A program made the position numbers and the translations under genes. The notes under the pieces were generated by a model. That model made no database searches and was not told the origin of the DNA. It saw nothing but the letters and a program-made list of their open reading frames with translations. Shown here one piece after another: positions 50,882 to 64,000 of a stretch of 64,000 nt of DNA (its first letter is position 1; the number at the start of each line of letters is the position of its first letter). This stretch comes from Camelus dromedarius (Eukaryota), in the NCBI RefSeq assembly GCF_036321535.1, contig NC_087436.1:43836001-43900000 (forward strand), written 5' to 3'.

Positions 50882-52500
50882 TGTGGTGACTGTGCTTCCA
50901 AAGGAAGTCACGACAGTGTCTTCCGTTCCAAATGCTCTTTTGCAATGTAGCCATGCCACTCCTCCATCAAGAAGTGGCAACTAAACTCCTAATTTATCCC
51001 TCCCTCTTCCTTCCCCGCTGGTAACATCAGTTACTTTTCTATGTCTATGAGTCTGTTTGTTTCATAAATAAGTTCATTTGTGTCTTTTTTTTTTAAGATT
51101 TCACATATAAGTGATATCATATGAGAGTTGTCTTTCTCTGACTTCACTTAGTATGATAATCTCTAGCTCCATCCACGTTGCTGCAAATGGCACTATTTAA
51201 CAACAAGGTTGCACTGTATAGCACAGGGAACTATATTCAATAGGTTGTAATAACCTATAATGAAAAAGAATATACACACACACACACATACATACATATG
51301 TAACTGAATCACTATGCTGTACACCAGAAACTAACACAACATTGTAAATCAACTATACTTCAATAATAAAAAAGAAAAGTGGAATATAGAGTTTATTTTC
51401 CTTCTCCTTGAGTCTAAATTGGCCTTGTGACCGTTGTGACCGATGGAATGTGGCAGATGTGACCCTGTGCACCTTTCTAGTCTGGGCATTAAGAGATCTG
51501 TAACTTCTGCTTTTCCCTCTCGGAACCTACCCCCAATGCTGTGAGGAAGCTGCAGTTGCTGCATGGAGAGGACCATGCAGAGGAGAACGGAGCCCTTGCC
51601 TGACAGCCCCTGCTGAGCTCCTGGCTGGAAGCCAGTATCGAATGCTCGCTGTGTGAATGAGACCATTTTGGACCTTCTAGCTGTCACAGCTTCCCAGTCG
51701 GCACTACTTGCACCCAGTCAAACTACAAAAATAGGGGATATAATAAATTATTAGTGTTTTAAGCCAGTAAGTTGTGGGTTGGCTTTTGCAACATCAAAAT
51801 ACACGACAGAAACTGGGCACCTGACAGTGGGATGCGAATGTCACAAAAACTTAGAACGTACAGCATTGGCTTAGGAACCCAGTGTCAGGAAGAGGCTTGA
51901 AAGATGCTGAGGAGACTGAAAACGCAGTGAGGAAAACTGTTTGCTGAAAAGTTCGAGAAAAAGGAACACACATTATATAGTGGTGGAAACTACCATCCAC
52001 CACTGGTGGCAGCATAGTCTTCAGCAGCAAAGTGGAAAATAAAAAGTATAACTAATGAGTTCGTGTATCTAGCAAGGGAGATACCCAGTAAGAAGGCCGA
52101 AAGTACCAAATGGACATCTCTTAGCTGCCTAGGATATAGTGTGGGAAGAAAGAAACAAACTAAAGAAGGAACTATTTTGTTTTCATGCAGGGTTTAGAAG
52201 AAATATAGAAGGCTCAGAATAGCCTTTCCAGCCAACAAGACATTCTCAAAATAAATTAAAACCTGGGGGTATAGATCAAATCCAGAGCACTGGCAGTAAA
52301 AGGTGGCCAAGATCAAATCAAAGGTGTGTCTGTAAAACCCCTTGTGAAGACCTCAGACCCTCTCGACCATGCATGAGAGCTTCTAAGAATCTTAAGTGTA
52401 CCACTTCATAGCACCTTGATTAGCAGCCCCAAGCAGAGCTCACAGATAATTGCAGGCATGGCTTTTGTCTAATTTAATGTATTTAAAGGCTATAAAGTAA
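50882..52500 (+). mobile_element. MaLR LTR (MLT1G/H-like) plus internal sequence, split by an L1 insertion
   Basis: gccactcctccatcaagaagtgg // tttattttccttctccttgagtct...tgttttaagccagtaagttgtggg, then MLT-int-like aactgggcacctgacagtgggatgc. Confidence 0.7.
50980..51378. mobile_element. L1 3' fragment with 5' inversion
   Basis: About 50985-51197 is antisense L1 3' sequence; 51198-51375 is the sense L1 terminus (aacaacaaggttgcactgtatagcacagggaactatattca...actatacttcaataataaaaaa). Confidence 0.8.
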
Positions 52501-53199
52501 AGGGTTAGAGGGATACTGCCTGGGGAAGCTGCTTCTCTCTCTGATTTGGTGTGCTCCTCTTGCCAAGCTTCCGCAGGACACACAGCTTCTCCAATGCTGC
52601 CTGCTGTGCGCTCCTGGCTTCTCCTGTACCCGACAACTGAAACAGAGGTGGCTTGTCCACTGGGCTCCTCACTGGGCAGAGGTGAGCAGCACCCAGTGGT
52701 CAGCAGCTTCCTTTAGCATCCTCGATGATTCACAGTGCAGTGCTGCCAGTGAGGCATCTCCCATGACTGTTCCCCCTGGCAGTCCATACAGGCAGCTTTG
52801 TGGTGAGTTCCAAGGCACCCTTCAGGGAATAGCTTCCCCCAACGCACAAGAGGGTGGTCTTCCCAGTGAGTTCTGGTGGCACAGAATCTCCTCGATTTCT
52901 CTGCCACCCAGTGAGCCCGGTTGCACCACCTGTGACAGGTCTGGATCTCAGTCTTGGTGAGCTGGGGTTTGGGATTGGGGAGCTCTTTCTTAGGAGTCCT
53001 AGCTCAGTCTAAGGGATAGTGGCTGCTCCTCATAACTAACACCTGAATTCGTCAGAGTTTTTCTTTAGAAGTCTCTTTACTTCTTACTAGCCAATCCCTC
53101 ATGACTCTAATCCCCTTATACAGTCAATAATTCTTTATGTTAAACTTTCCTTGTTCAAATTACCATGAAGTTTCTGCCTCCTGATTGGAACCTGACTGA

Positions 53200-55240
53200 T
53201 AACATCTTTAACTCCAGTTTGCATTTTTAACCTAAATGGGTAAAAAATTTTCTAAAATAGTTCTCAAATCAATTTAGGTGAACACATAGTTTTTCTTATT
53301 TATTTTGTCCATGAGGTAAGTTGAATGAATTGATTTAAAAATATTTAACCATCCTCATCTATCTGGAATAAACCTTCCTTGATGTAATGTATTATTATTA
53401 ATTTGTTACAATGCTGGTCAGGTTAATAGTATTTAAAGATTTTTGCATCTTATAAATTATGTGTTATTTCCATATAATTTTCTTTTGATCTTATTTGGAT
53501 TAACTGTGCATTTATTAAATTCTTTGTTCACCATTGCTTTTTGAATCCTCCCACTCAATCTTTACAGATTCAACTTCCTCCTTAGCAAAATACATCCTTT
53601 AGTGTGTGTTTATGCGTGTGTCTGTGTTTGTGAGTATTCTGCGTGTGTAAGCAAGAGAAAGAGGTGTCTTGAGAGTAAGAAACATTTTTGGTCTTTGCCT
53701 GAAATGGCTATTTTATCCTTAATTTTGATGATTTTTTGCTGGGTATGAAATTCTAGGTTGAAAGCTATTTTCTCTCAAGTTTTTGATAGATTCCACTGTT
53801 TTTTAAACTCTGTTGTTTCTGAAAAGATGCCTTTTGTCAGTCTTAATATAGTTCCCATGTACGTAATCTGTCTTTTCTCTCTTTTTCTTTCAAGATTTTC
53901 TCATTGCTTAATTTCTTGGTAGTTTCACTGTACTGTGTCTAGGTGACTAAAATTTTTTTTTTCCCTGTCTACTTCTTCAACGCAAAGACTTGTGTTTTTC
54001 TCCAATTCCAGTCTGCCCTGCCCTGGAAGAACTGCTGGGTTTTGGGCTCTCTGAAGCCATCATCATTTGATTACATGCTTGTATCCTGTATCTGCAGACA
54101 GAGGAACTGGATGCCTTGCCTACTTTGTGGGCAATTCTCCATAACTTTAAGACAACTACCTTGATTTTTTTAAACTAAGTAATTGTTTTAATTAAAAATA
54201 AAACTAAAAATTTTTTGTTTGGACCTCAGTTACTTTTTTCCCCCTCCAGTTTTATTGAGATAGAATTGACACACAGCAGTGTGTAAGTTTAAGGTGTACA
54301 GTGTAATGATTCGACTTACATACATCACAACATGATTACCACAATAAGTTTAGTGAACTTCCATCATCTCATATAGAACAACAATATTGATTTTTAATTT
54401 CAATTGCTGTATTTTTTAATTTCTGAAAGTTCTATTTAGTTCTTTTTCTGTTGTGTTCTACTCTTTAAACATAGTATTTTTAAAACCACAAGTTGTTCAG
54501 GTTGTTCGAGTTTATATATCCATTTCTGTTTTGGAGCCATTTTCCTTGTTTGTTGTAGATTCTGTTCTTCTCTCACAAGTTTCATTTCCTTTCATTGCTT
54601 GTACATTTTAATCTAAGGGCATCTTCAGTGAAGATCATTCTCCTGTGAGATTCCTGTGCTTCTGGAGTGTGGATGTTTCTCTAGCACATCATTTTGTACT
54701 TGATCTTCTGCTAGGCCCTGGAATTTCATTCCTGAACTAGCCTTTTCTTAATTATTTGGTGGGGGATTCTCTCTCAGGGGCAAATTCAGACTCCACATAC
54801 ACATCTGGCACAGACTTGGGGTTTGTATTTCTTTGGGGATTTCTTTTTCTTTTTTTTTTTTTTTTTTGCCTCTGCTCTAGAGCTTGGGCAGAGAGCAAGC
54901 CTCCTCACCTCCTCTCTGGGCAGGTTGGTTCAGTCCCATTTCATAGCTGTGCAAACCTTTAAGAACGCCAGCTTTATGCAGATATTACACTCCAAGTAGG
55001 CCCACGGCCCTGCCTCTTGTTCTTGCCCAGGAATTAAGACAGCAGTCCCTTCCCCTAAGACTATATCCAAGTGTAAACCCTTCTGGCTCTAGTGTCCAGA
55101 GCAGTAGTCTCTTGTTCTGACTTTGAACATCTTCTGTGTTTCAGGCACTTAACATTTTTTAAAAAAATTTATCATATGTATACAATGGGAGAAGATTGTG
55201 CATCTGCTCAGTCCTCCATGATGATGGAACTAGAAGTCTG
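53200..55240 (-). mobile_element. Old L1ME/HAL1-like fragments with a small younger L1 3' end (about 54235-54375)
   Basis: ttttgctgggtatgaaattctaggttgaaagctattttctctc; ccagttttattgagatagaattgacacacagcagtgtgtaagtttaaggtgtaca. Confidence 0.6.
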
Positions 55241-57261
55241 AATCTTTGTATCTAACTGTCCTAAAAGGTTTTGTCTCCTCATTTCAGGCAAGAGTTACCC
55301 GGGCAGGCCCAGGGTATCCTCTCTTGCTTCTGAAATCCCACAATGTTGAATGTTTGGACCTTTGGGATGGGTTTTGGTTGGATACCAGGAAGGGCTGGGT
55401 CAAAGGGGAGAACAGAAAGACTGTGCCATCCCCTCATATCATCTTTACTCTTTATCCTTACCCCCTTGTCATATCATACACACCTCTCATTTCTCCAGCC
55501 CAGGATTCCCACACACTGGGGACTGAGACCCCTTTGCACTGTACCTTCTTCTCTTCCCAGGATACCACCCTTGCTCTAAGCTCCCCTTTCTCTCTGAGAA
55601 ACCCAGTGTAGGTAGAGGCTCAAGCAATGTTTGAGGGCAGAAGTTAACAAGTAAGAACCTCACTCTGAGGCTGTGTTTGTTTCCTTGTGGCATTTCTGCC
55701 AGTGTCTTTGAGGAAAAGACAACCCCAAGTATTGAAGAATAAGACCAGGACTTTTATCTTAGACTTGTGCTGTGTGGGCAGAGGAGCGTACTGCTCATGA
55801 CGGTACCAAGGCTTACTTGTCAGCAGAAGAAAATCTCTATATCACCTTGGTTACAGGCATGAATGAGAGAGCCAACCAAGCAAATAAGTAAAAGATTACT
55901 TGGCTATATAAAGCAAAGCTATCAACATGTCTGCTTCCTGCTTGTCCTCAATTCCCATGTCACCAGAGCAAATCTGTATATCATAAAACATGCTTCAATA
56001 ACTCTGTTCCAAGTTCTACTTGATGAGAACCAACATCAGAACTCTGCCTGCGCACGCCCAGCCCTCCTCACTGGGTTCCTTCCACAGATGCTCTGCTCAT
56101 GTATCACTGCCATCTGATTCCATCAGAAGGAATATCTGTGGCTAGCTTTCTCTCATATCCTAAACAGTACAAACCCTGAACATCATAAAGGGTCCCAAGT
56201 TATGGACATCTGAAGTAGGAATTTTTCCCTAAGTTCAAGTCTATTGATGCAGTTACTCTAGAAAAGTAAATAAAAAGACACGGGCACAATTTATGCACAG
56301 CTGCGAGAACCTGAAAGTGAATGAACCTGGGCTTTTAAACAGTTACCCTACACAAGCCCATTTCTCTCATGTACTTCTATCTCTGTCTCTCTCTGTATTC
56401 AGTAACTGTCCCATTTAGTATAGTTAGTACAGTTCATTCTTAAAGGAAATGACGTAGTTAAAAGATACTTTAACCTCTTTCAGACCAGAGTTATTAAAAC
56501 AATAGCAATAGCTAAACCTAATTTAAAAAATGAGCCAATTCTGTTTCTGGGAGAGGCAACTTGCCTTCTATTTACATCCTTTATTCTTTCACCCTTGGAA
56601 GCGAGGACAGCAAACTACAGGTTTCGAAACCCAGTGGTTATCAATAATTTAAATAATTCCAGAATTCTGTGGAAATGAACTCAGTAACACGTAGCAGGCC
56701 CCTCTACCCTCCAACCCCCCCTGTACATTACAGTCTAAGCTAGTATGTTGGCCTCATTTTTCATTTCATTCAAAGTGACAGAAGGAAAAAAAAAAGATAC
56801 TTTAAGGCCTAATCAGGTACTGCACCGGTGTTCCTAGGGATGGAAAAAACCCTCAGATTACTTCAGTGGGTTTGTCAGCTCTATTGTTGGCGTAGTCAAG
56901 TGGCCCTACAGAAAGGAGACAGGAGAGCTAAAAGAAAATAGTAGAATTCTAATCTGCTTTTTAAAGGCTCTTGGTCAGAAGTATAGCAATTCAGATATCC
57001 CTGTTTGAAAGCAGCAGGACAGATTTGTTAGACGACAAAAGCGCCAATTAGTATTTTCCACCCCCTTTCACAATATTCTCTATTGCTTTTGGCTCTGAAA
57101 CCCTTTATGCCAGGGCCTTTGTGCTGGCAGGAGGTGGGTGGAAGGGCACGGCGGCGGCTGCAAAAGATGGCCCACGGGCCCCTGTGCCCGTCGCCCCTCA
57201 CGGAAGTCAAGGAGCCCGGAGGGAAGGCGAGCCCAGACGGCACGATCCCGGACGAGCCTAC

Positions 57262-57460
57262 CTGAGTGCATGGAGATTCGAGCTTGGCGAATAACCACCT
57301 GCGGGGCAATCGGCGTGGCTGGCTGCAGCCTGTGCAGCCCTTTGGCCACCTGCAGGAGGTGGCCCGACACGTCCAGCCCGTACAGGAACCGGTCACTCAG
57401 GAACACGATGGCAGCGGCGGTGGCACAGTCCCGGGCGAGGATGGAGGCTTTCAGGGACGC
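57262..57460 (-). CDS. ALPK1: ALPK1 coding exon (199 nt; N-terminal ADP-heptose-binding domain), the most 5' exon in the window
   Basis: ctcag|GCG TCC...TCA G|gtaggc; [67 protein letters not shown]. Confidence 0.95.
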
Positions 57461-57919
57461 CTGAGGGAACATCCATGGGACACCATGAGCCACACAGAAA
57501 GAGCACTTGGCAGGAAAGAAGGCAGTCTTGGGACCAAGCTAGTCTTCTAGGTATTTTTTATCAAAACAAGTACAACAACAAACCTAGAGCTAGAAGAAAC
57601 ATCAGGCTAAACCAAAAAACAGTAATAATAATAATAATAAAAAGTCCAATTCATTTGTGGAATAAAATAATATTTCTTTCATTACATTTCCCCCATTACA
57701 TTTCTAAAATCATACCAGTGATAAATGCGTATTTCCTGTTATTAAAAAATTCAAACAAAACCAAGCAAAAATTTAAAATGCCCCTTTGTTTCCCAACTAC
57801 TTACTTTATTTTTCCCCTCCTTCCACTAATTTCATTCTCATTCTTCCTGATAATGGTTTCCAGAGATCCTTCCAGAATTCTACCCTTTTATGTATACTTA
57901 CACATTGATTCCTTGTCTT

Positions 57920-58065
57920 GCCTTCTCCTTTCTCCTTTTCTCCCTTTTTCTTTCCTTTTTCTTCTTTTCTTTCTTTCTTTTTTCTTTCTTTTCTTTCTTT
58001 CTTTCTTCCTTCCTTTTTTCTTTTTTTCTTTCTTTCTCTTCCTTCCTTCCTTTTTCTTTTCTTTC

Positions 58066-58136
<71 letters not shown>

Positions 58137-58194
58137 CTCTCTTTCTCTCTTTCTCTCTCCTCTCCTTCTCTCTTTCTCTCCTTCTCTCTCTCTT
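57920..58194. repeat. Compound (TTTC)n/(TC)n polypyrimidine microsatellite
   Basis: About 275 bp of purely C/T sequence with a perfect TTTC array at about 58068-58135. Confidence 0.97.
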
Positions 58195-60639
58195 TAATAA
58201 TAATACTACACTAGACATATCGTTCTGCTACTTGGTTCTTTCAGTCATCATAACATCTAGAAGAGCTTTTCATACCAATTTGTAACACTACTTCATTTAT
58301 TGCCTACATTTTAATTAAGAAGAAATACACAATTTTAGGTAATATTTTAGATTTGATTTATATGATCATATTTAATGAATAAAATAAGAAAAGAAAGAAA
58401 CAGACAAGAAATGAAAGTATAATATAAAGAAAAGTAAGATAAATGAGGCAAACTTTGATGGGAAAAAACATCATCTTTTGGTCTCTTAAGGTGTTACACT
58501 AAAGACATTCAAAGTCATGCAGCTGATAGCATAAATGAGTTTATTAACTGGTAGTACTTTCTACATTTGTTAAACTAAATCAAGCAGAGTGTTTTCTGGG
58601 CATGTTAGCCCACATATGAAGCATCGCTCATTTTCCCACCACAATCTTACCATACAAGCACTGCTTTCTTCATCACATAAGTGCGAATACTTACTGGGCA
58701 AAACTAGGTGCCAGGCACAGTGCTGAGCTTTATATGTATCATTCATTCAGTCCTCACAACAATGCCAAGAGGCAGATTCTATTTATTTTTAGGGTCAAAA
58801 CCAATATTTAAAAGATTTTTTATTTACTTTTTTATTTTTTATACAATTTTTGAAAAGTTACTTTCCATTCACAGTTATTACAAAATATTGGCTATATTCT
58901 CCATGTTGTGTAATATGTCCTTGACAGATTTTGACTCTAAGAACATATTACTTCCAAAACCTCAAGAGCAAATATCTCCTCTTTGTATATTAGGCATTTC
59001 CCTATCGGAAATTCTTGCAAACTCCTCCCATTCTGACTTCTAGAATCCTATTTCTTTTTATTTATAACCTTGCCTAGGATTGCAAGCAACCTCCCAAATT
59101 TGCAGTCTTCATAGAGATAAAAATATCCCAGATCTTCAACATCTTGAGTCTGGATTATCAAGATTAAAAGGCAGATTCTATGATTATGTTCATTTTACAG
59201 ATGGAAAACCCAAGACTCACACAGGTTAAGTAACATGCCCAGTAATTTCTGTGACTGAATGAGGAAGTCTACATAATGCGAGGGTTCGTCTAGCAGACCC
59301 TCATGCTCCAATACCAAGCTATATTTTCTAATTTATCCTTTGTCAGAATTAAATATAATATTTAATCTTTTGTCTGCCTAACTCTTTTGTTTTATTTCCC
59401 AGTTTGCTCAGAATCCAGGAGGGGAGGAGAGGTGTTATTTATTGGACCCTCCCAAAGACCCCCATCATTTCACTGCCTGACACACGGGAAACTGCTCTGC
59501 TCACAGACCCTGCCTTTGAAGCAGCCATGTATTTTGCTACTGGACCATGATTCCTTCTTCCCATCTCACCACCAGCTCAAGGCCAAGCTAAGACTACCCA
59601 CCTGATTGATACCTGGCCCATGACTCCTGTGGTCTGACTTGAAAAATGAACTTATAAATATGAACTAAGAAACACAGAAAGAATTTGCCAGTTATTGCAG
59701 GATGAGAAGAAGCAGAGTAGAGTGTAGCTAAGCTACGTTAATGGGCAACACCAGCGTGAAGGTCCAAGAACACAGCTGAATCCAATCCACCTTTCCCAAG
59801 TGCCGTTCTTAGAGTTATGGATCTCCTTTATTATCCCATGTGTATCTTTGTAATAATGTACATCCCATTTTATGAGTTTGCTTGAGTGAACCTCTGTTTC
59901 ATCCAACCAAAAAGCTGAACCAACTAAAACTGAAATGCTCAAAACTTCTATTGAGGTTTGTCAAATAAACCATCAATCTGAAAAACACAAGTTTTAAAAT
60001 GAGAACAAGTCAGTCATTTGACATTTATAAAATGTAAATTTAAAGACGGAAAAGGGAATCAATGATTTTGTGTATGCCCAACTCCATTTAATAAGGACAG
60101 TCTCTGATCTGAAGTCCCCCCCGTGCTAGATACACATAAATCACTCTTTGGTTTGCAGCCTCAGCTGCTATCTGCAGAACTTGCAGCCTCTGCCACTAGG
60201 CTTCCTTAAACTTTTACTTGGAAACAGCAGCCATATTCCTGTCACTCTGCTCATGACTAAGTACCCTGAGGAAGGCACTCCTCAAGCCAAAGTCAGTCCG
60301 CTCTTTGAGGTGCATGCTTGATGTTTAGTTCTGCTCTCCATTTTCATAGGTGCCCCACCTCTGTTTCAGGGTAACTGTAGTACTGACATGGGGTACAAGG
60401 TCTAGAGGCAGGCTGTTCTCCAGAGGTGACTCTCCACCCTTTCCTCCCTGATAATAATGGTTTCCATCTTCATATTACCATCTAGTTTATGAAAAACGTT
60501 CACACAGATTATCTCATTTAAATTTACAGTAACTATAAAATCTCAGTAAGATAAGGAAACCAAGGCTGAGAGGTTAAGTGACTTTCCAAAGTTACAAAGT
60601 CAAAAGTGTCAGGGTCAGGCAAGAACTCAAGTCTCTATC

Positions 60640-61305
60640 CTTTTTTTTTTTTTTTTCTTTTCTATTGTGGTAAAAGTTGCAGAACATAAAAGTTACCATT
60701 TTAATCTTTTTAAAATGTAGAATTCAGTAGTGTTAAGTATATTCACAATGTTGTGATTTAGATCTCTAGAACTGTTTAATCGTGCAAATATTAAACTCTA
60801 TACCCATTAAAACAACACTCTCTCCCTCTCCCTAGCCTTTGGTAACTACTATTTAACTTTTTGTTTCTATGAATTTGACTATTCTAGGTACCTCATATAA
60901 GTGGAATCATACAGTTTTTGTCTCTTTGTGACTGGCTTACCTAGGATAAAGTCCTTAAAGTTCATCCATATCGTACCATGTGTCAGAACTCCCTTCTGAG
61001 TAAGAATAATATTCCATTGCATGTATATACCAACTTTTGTTTACCCATTCATCTGTTGGACATTTGGGTTGCTTCCACCTCTTGGCTATTGTGAATAGTG
61101 TTGCTATTAACATGGATGTCCAAATATCTCTTGGAGACCCTGTTTTGGATATATACCCAGAAGCAGAATTGCTGGGTTATATGGTAGCTATAATTTTTAA
61201 TTTTTTGAGAACCTCCATACTGTTTCCATAGAGTTCATACCATTTTACAATACCACCAACAGTGCACAGAGTTTCAGTTTCTCCACATCCTCAGCTAACA
61301 CTTGA
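60640..61305 (-). mobile_element. L1 3' end (L1MB-like) with poly(A) tail and TSD
   Basis: T-run 60641-60656, ctaggtacctcatataagtggaatcatacag, tacaataccaccaacagtgcacagagtttcagtttctccacatcctc; flanking repeat gaactcaagtctct at about 60623 and 61307. Confidence 0.85.
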
Positions 61306-61679
61306 GGAACTCAAGTCTCTTGAGGGTCAGTTTTTCTTCTGCTTTCCTCCTGTGGTCTGATCAAGGTGATTCTGAGCAGGGCTTAATCTGGGCATAGGAA
61401 TCCAGGTCTTTGGAGCTAGGGCTGAACTCACCATTCACTAAGTCCAAATAGTGGCTCTAAGGAACACATATCCTTTATTATGATGAGAAAATTCTAAGAA
61501 AAAAAAAAAACCAAGGGCAAATAAAAACAAATCCCAATTGAAAAAGTATTCTTGCTGTGTATTTAAAAATAAGAGAAAGAAAACTTTCTAGGAGATGGCC
61601 TCTAATTTCAGTGTTTTGGAATTCCCTAGTGAAAGTTGCTGCCATGAGACCAAATGATAATTTGATGATTAGATGGGGA

Positions 61680-62430
61680 TTACTCCAACTGAACATTTCT
61701 CACACTGAGTAAAAGTCCAGTGGGTCCCTCTGGGAGGTGGCCTTCCTGAGTTGAGGAGATGGAACTTCCAGGATTCTGGGGAGGCCAAGGTGACCAGAGT
61801 TAACAGAGCGGAGAACCAGAAGGAGAGAGCTGCACAAAGCAAGAAATCCAGAGATCTGCAGAGGGTCCCCCTCGAGTCTTTAGCAGAAAACTACTCATCA
61901 GCTCATGTACGGAAAGACACCACCCAAGTCTGGGGAAAGAACCACCCGGATGAAGCAGAGGAAACAATCTCTAGGCCTCATATAGTTTGTGTTTCCACCT
62001 GTCAGAGTAGGAAATCATGTCATCATAGGGCACCGGGTAGAGTATTCAGAAGGGTATTGCTTCAGTGGTGGGAAAGATAGTTCTTGGCTGACTTTGAAAG
62101 TTTAGAAGCAAGGTTGATCAAACTACTTCCTAACCTGACTGAGTTCTAGAACAAAGTTCAAGAATATTTATATGCACACAAATTATCTGGCAACTTTTAA
62201 GTATTTATAATGTCTGATACCCAGGCAAAAATTACCAAGCTTGAAAGAAGCCCATACTGAAAGGAAAAAGAAATCAACAGAAACTGAAACCCAAATGACA
62301 ATTATTACAACTGTATTTCCTAAGTTCAAAAAGGTAGAGTAAAAATTAGGTGGAATTAGGGACACAGGAGATATGAAAAAATGATCCACATCAAACTTAT
62401 AAAGATAAATTACAATGTCTGAGGTGAAAC
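61680..62430 (+). mobile_element. Old L1 5' UTR/ORF1-like fragment
   Basis: aggagagagctgcacaaagcaagaaatccagagatctgcagagggtccccctcgagtctt...tcaacagaaactgaaacccaaatgaca. Confidence 0.6.
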
Positions 62431-64000
62431 CATAGTATCTGGATTGCTTCCAAGCTCCTCCATTTGCTTGCCACAGCAAGTCACTTAACCACCCTGAGTC
62501 TCAGTTACCTCATCTGTGAAATGTGCATAATATCTATTTTCAGTGCTGTTTTAGGGATTAGAGGAAATGTAGGTAGGTCAAAAGCTCAGCACAGAGCCTG
62601 ACACATTGTGAGTGCTTAATAAATGATGCGGAACAAACGAACTCAGTTCACGTGCTTCCATTCTCTACTGTGACAAAATAACAACAAGCAAAGACAGGAT
62701 CCTAAAATAAATGTCAGTGGGATTTTCAATAGAGTAAAAAGGAAGTAATAGACCCTGCATATAACATCTCTAAGGCTTATCTCAGAAAATGGTTAAATCT
62801 CTCATTTTTTAAAATTTCTTTCTTCTCTTCGCCAAGTCTAAGGAGTGATGTTACTGGAAACTGCAGGGGGAAAAAAGGAAAATGAGCAGGCTCTCTGGCA
62901 GTTGGTGAAGGAAAGCTGGTTCTTGAAAGGGAGCCTTCTCAGCATGCACGTGTGAGTTGCTTTTGGCTGTTGCCAATGGAGGAATCCCTCCCGAGCACCT
63001 GTAAACGGATGCTGCAAACACCCCATTCTGCATCCCGCATGAACACGCCATATATTTGAGCAAAGAACATTGCCTCATCTATTTTTCCCCCTTCTACTCT
63101 TAATAGTTCGGAGCACAAAAGACTGAGAGAGGGTGATCTGCCAGACAAAGGCCCTTTGAGTTCCTTGGAAAAGTAGACTTGGAGGAGGATGGAAGGAATC
63201 CAAGTGGCCCTATTATTTCCACTTGCACTAATTAGACATTTTTCTATCAGCTATTGAGCACTGCTGAGAGGCCAAACTCACTGAATTCATTTCTAAAGTG
63301 TTTACAGAAGTTTGCATCTGTTTGTGTCTCTTCAGGAGGAAAATAAGCACTTCAATAGCATTGTGGAAAATCTAAACGAAGCACCCTATTCTGGAGGATC
63401 TGGCATCCCTGCAGCTGCATAATTTCACTCTGTTCAGGGCCCGAACCTCTCGCATCTCTCTCCAAAAACCAACGACGCAAAATGCAGAGAAGTCAACTCA
63501 GGAGGATCTTTTCTTTCTCGTCATTGTCTTTTCTCTCCCTCTTTTGAAACGGCGGCATGCTGTGCACGACATACAGATTTAGGTGGGTATCATTCTTGCA
63601 GTCCCTCTCTCGTGTCTCTACCAGCACTCTGAGAAATTAATACCCACTTTCATTTGCTGCCAAGTCAGGGGATAGTAAATTCCTCAGCAGCAAAGCAGAA
63701 TACATCACCATCCTGGGAATCTCCCCCAAATGTACGCCGGGGGAGCACTCTGACTTCAGAAGGAGAGGAATGAAAGGAGGCCCAAGTGTGTGGTAGGGAA
63801 GGACGCTAAAGAGAAAGTTTCCCTACGTGGTAAAATGTGCCTGGGTTATGCACAGTTAGCTTAACATGAAAGAGAGTCCCTTTCCCTCCCCCACTCCCCA
63901 AAAAAGAAAGAAAAAGAAAACAGCACAAAAACCCTAACCCACTGACTACATGGCAGTGCCTTTGAAATGCATATTGGTCTACATGGAATTTGATTCAGGA

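Noticed and set aside
57475..58285. Phe/Leu/Ser-rich and Lys/Glu/Arg-rich ORFs of 98-240 aa
   Set aside because: Translations of the (TTTC)n microsatellite.
57461..64000. Upstream ALPK1 exons, including the start codon
   Set aside because: No matching exon found by eye; they presumably lie beyond the window edge.

Overview
Mammalian genomic DNA, probably a camelid (three tRNA-derived SINEs resemble the Vic-1 family, and I saw no Alu, B1, Bov-tA, PRE-1 or SINEC copies). The window holds the NEUROG2-ALPK1 locus. The complete two-exon proneural bHLH gene NEUROG2 lies on the + strand (CDS 1407-2225, 272 aa) inside a CpG island, with a downstream CpG-rich enhancer-like block. The 3' eleven coding exons of ALPK1 (alpha-kinase 1, the ADP-heptose sensor) lie on the - strand (57460 to 32957), tail-to-tail with NEUROG2. 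All ALPK1 junctions are GT-AG and in phase, giving 3462 nt or 1153 aa plus stop; the first coding exons lie beyond the right edge. The rest is intergenic or intronic DNA rich in L1, L2, MIR, MaLR/ERVL LTRs, MER DNA transposons and microsatellites. I found no new multi-gene system. The best leads are an ALPK1 3' end apparently built from a dead splice donor plus an LTR-supplied poly(A) signal, Phe at the residue matching human ROSAH position Y254, and an in-frame strong-Kozak AUG in the NEUROG2 intron. Comparisons to human sequence and repeat family names are from memory and need alignment or RepeatMasker confirmation.
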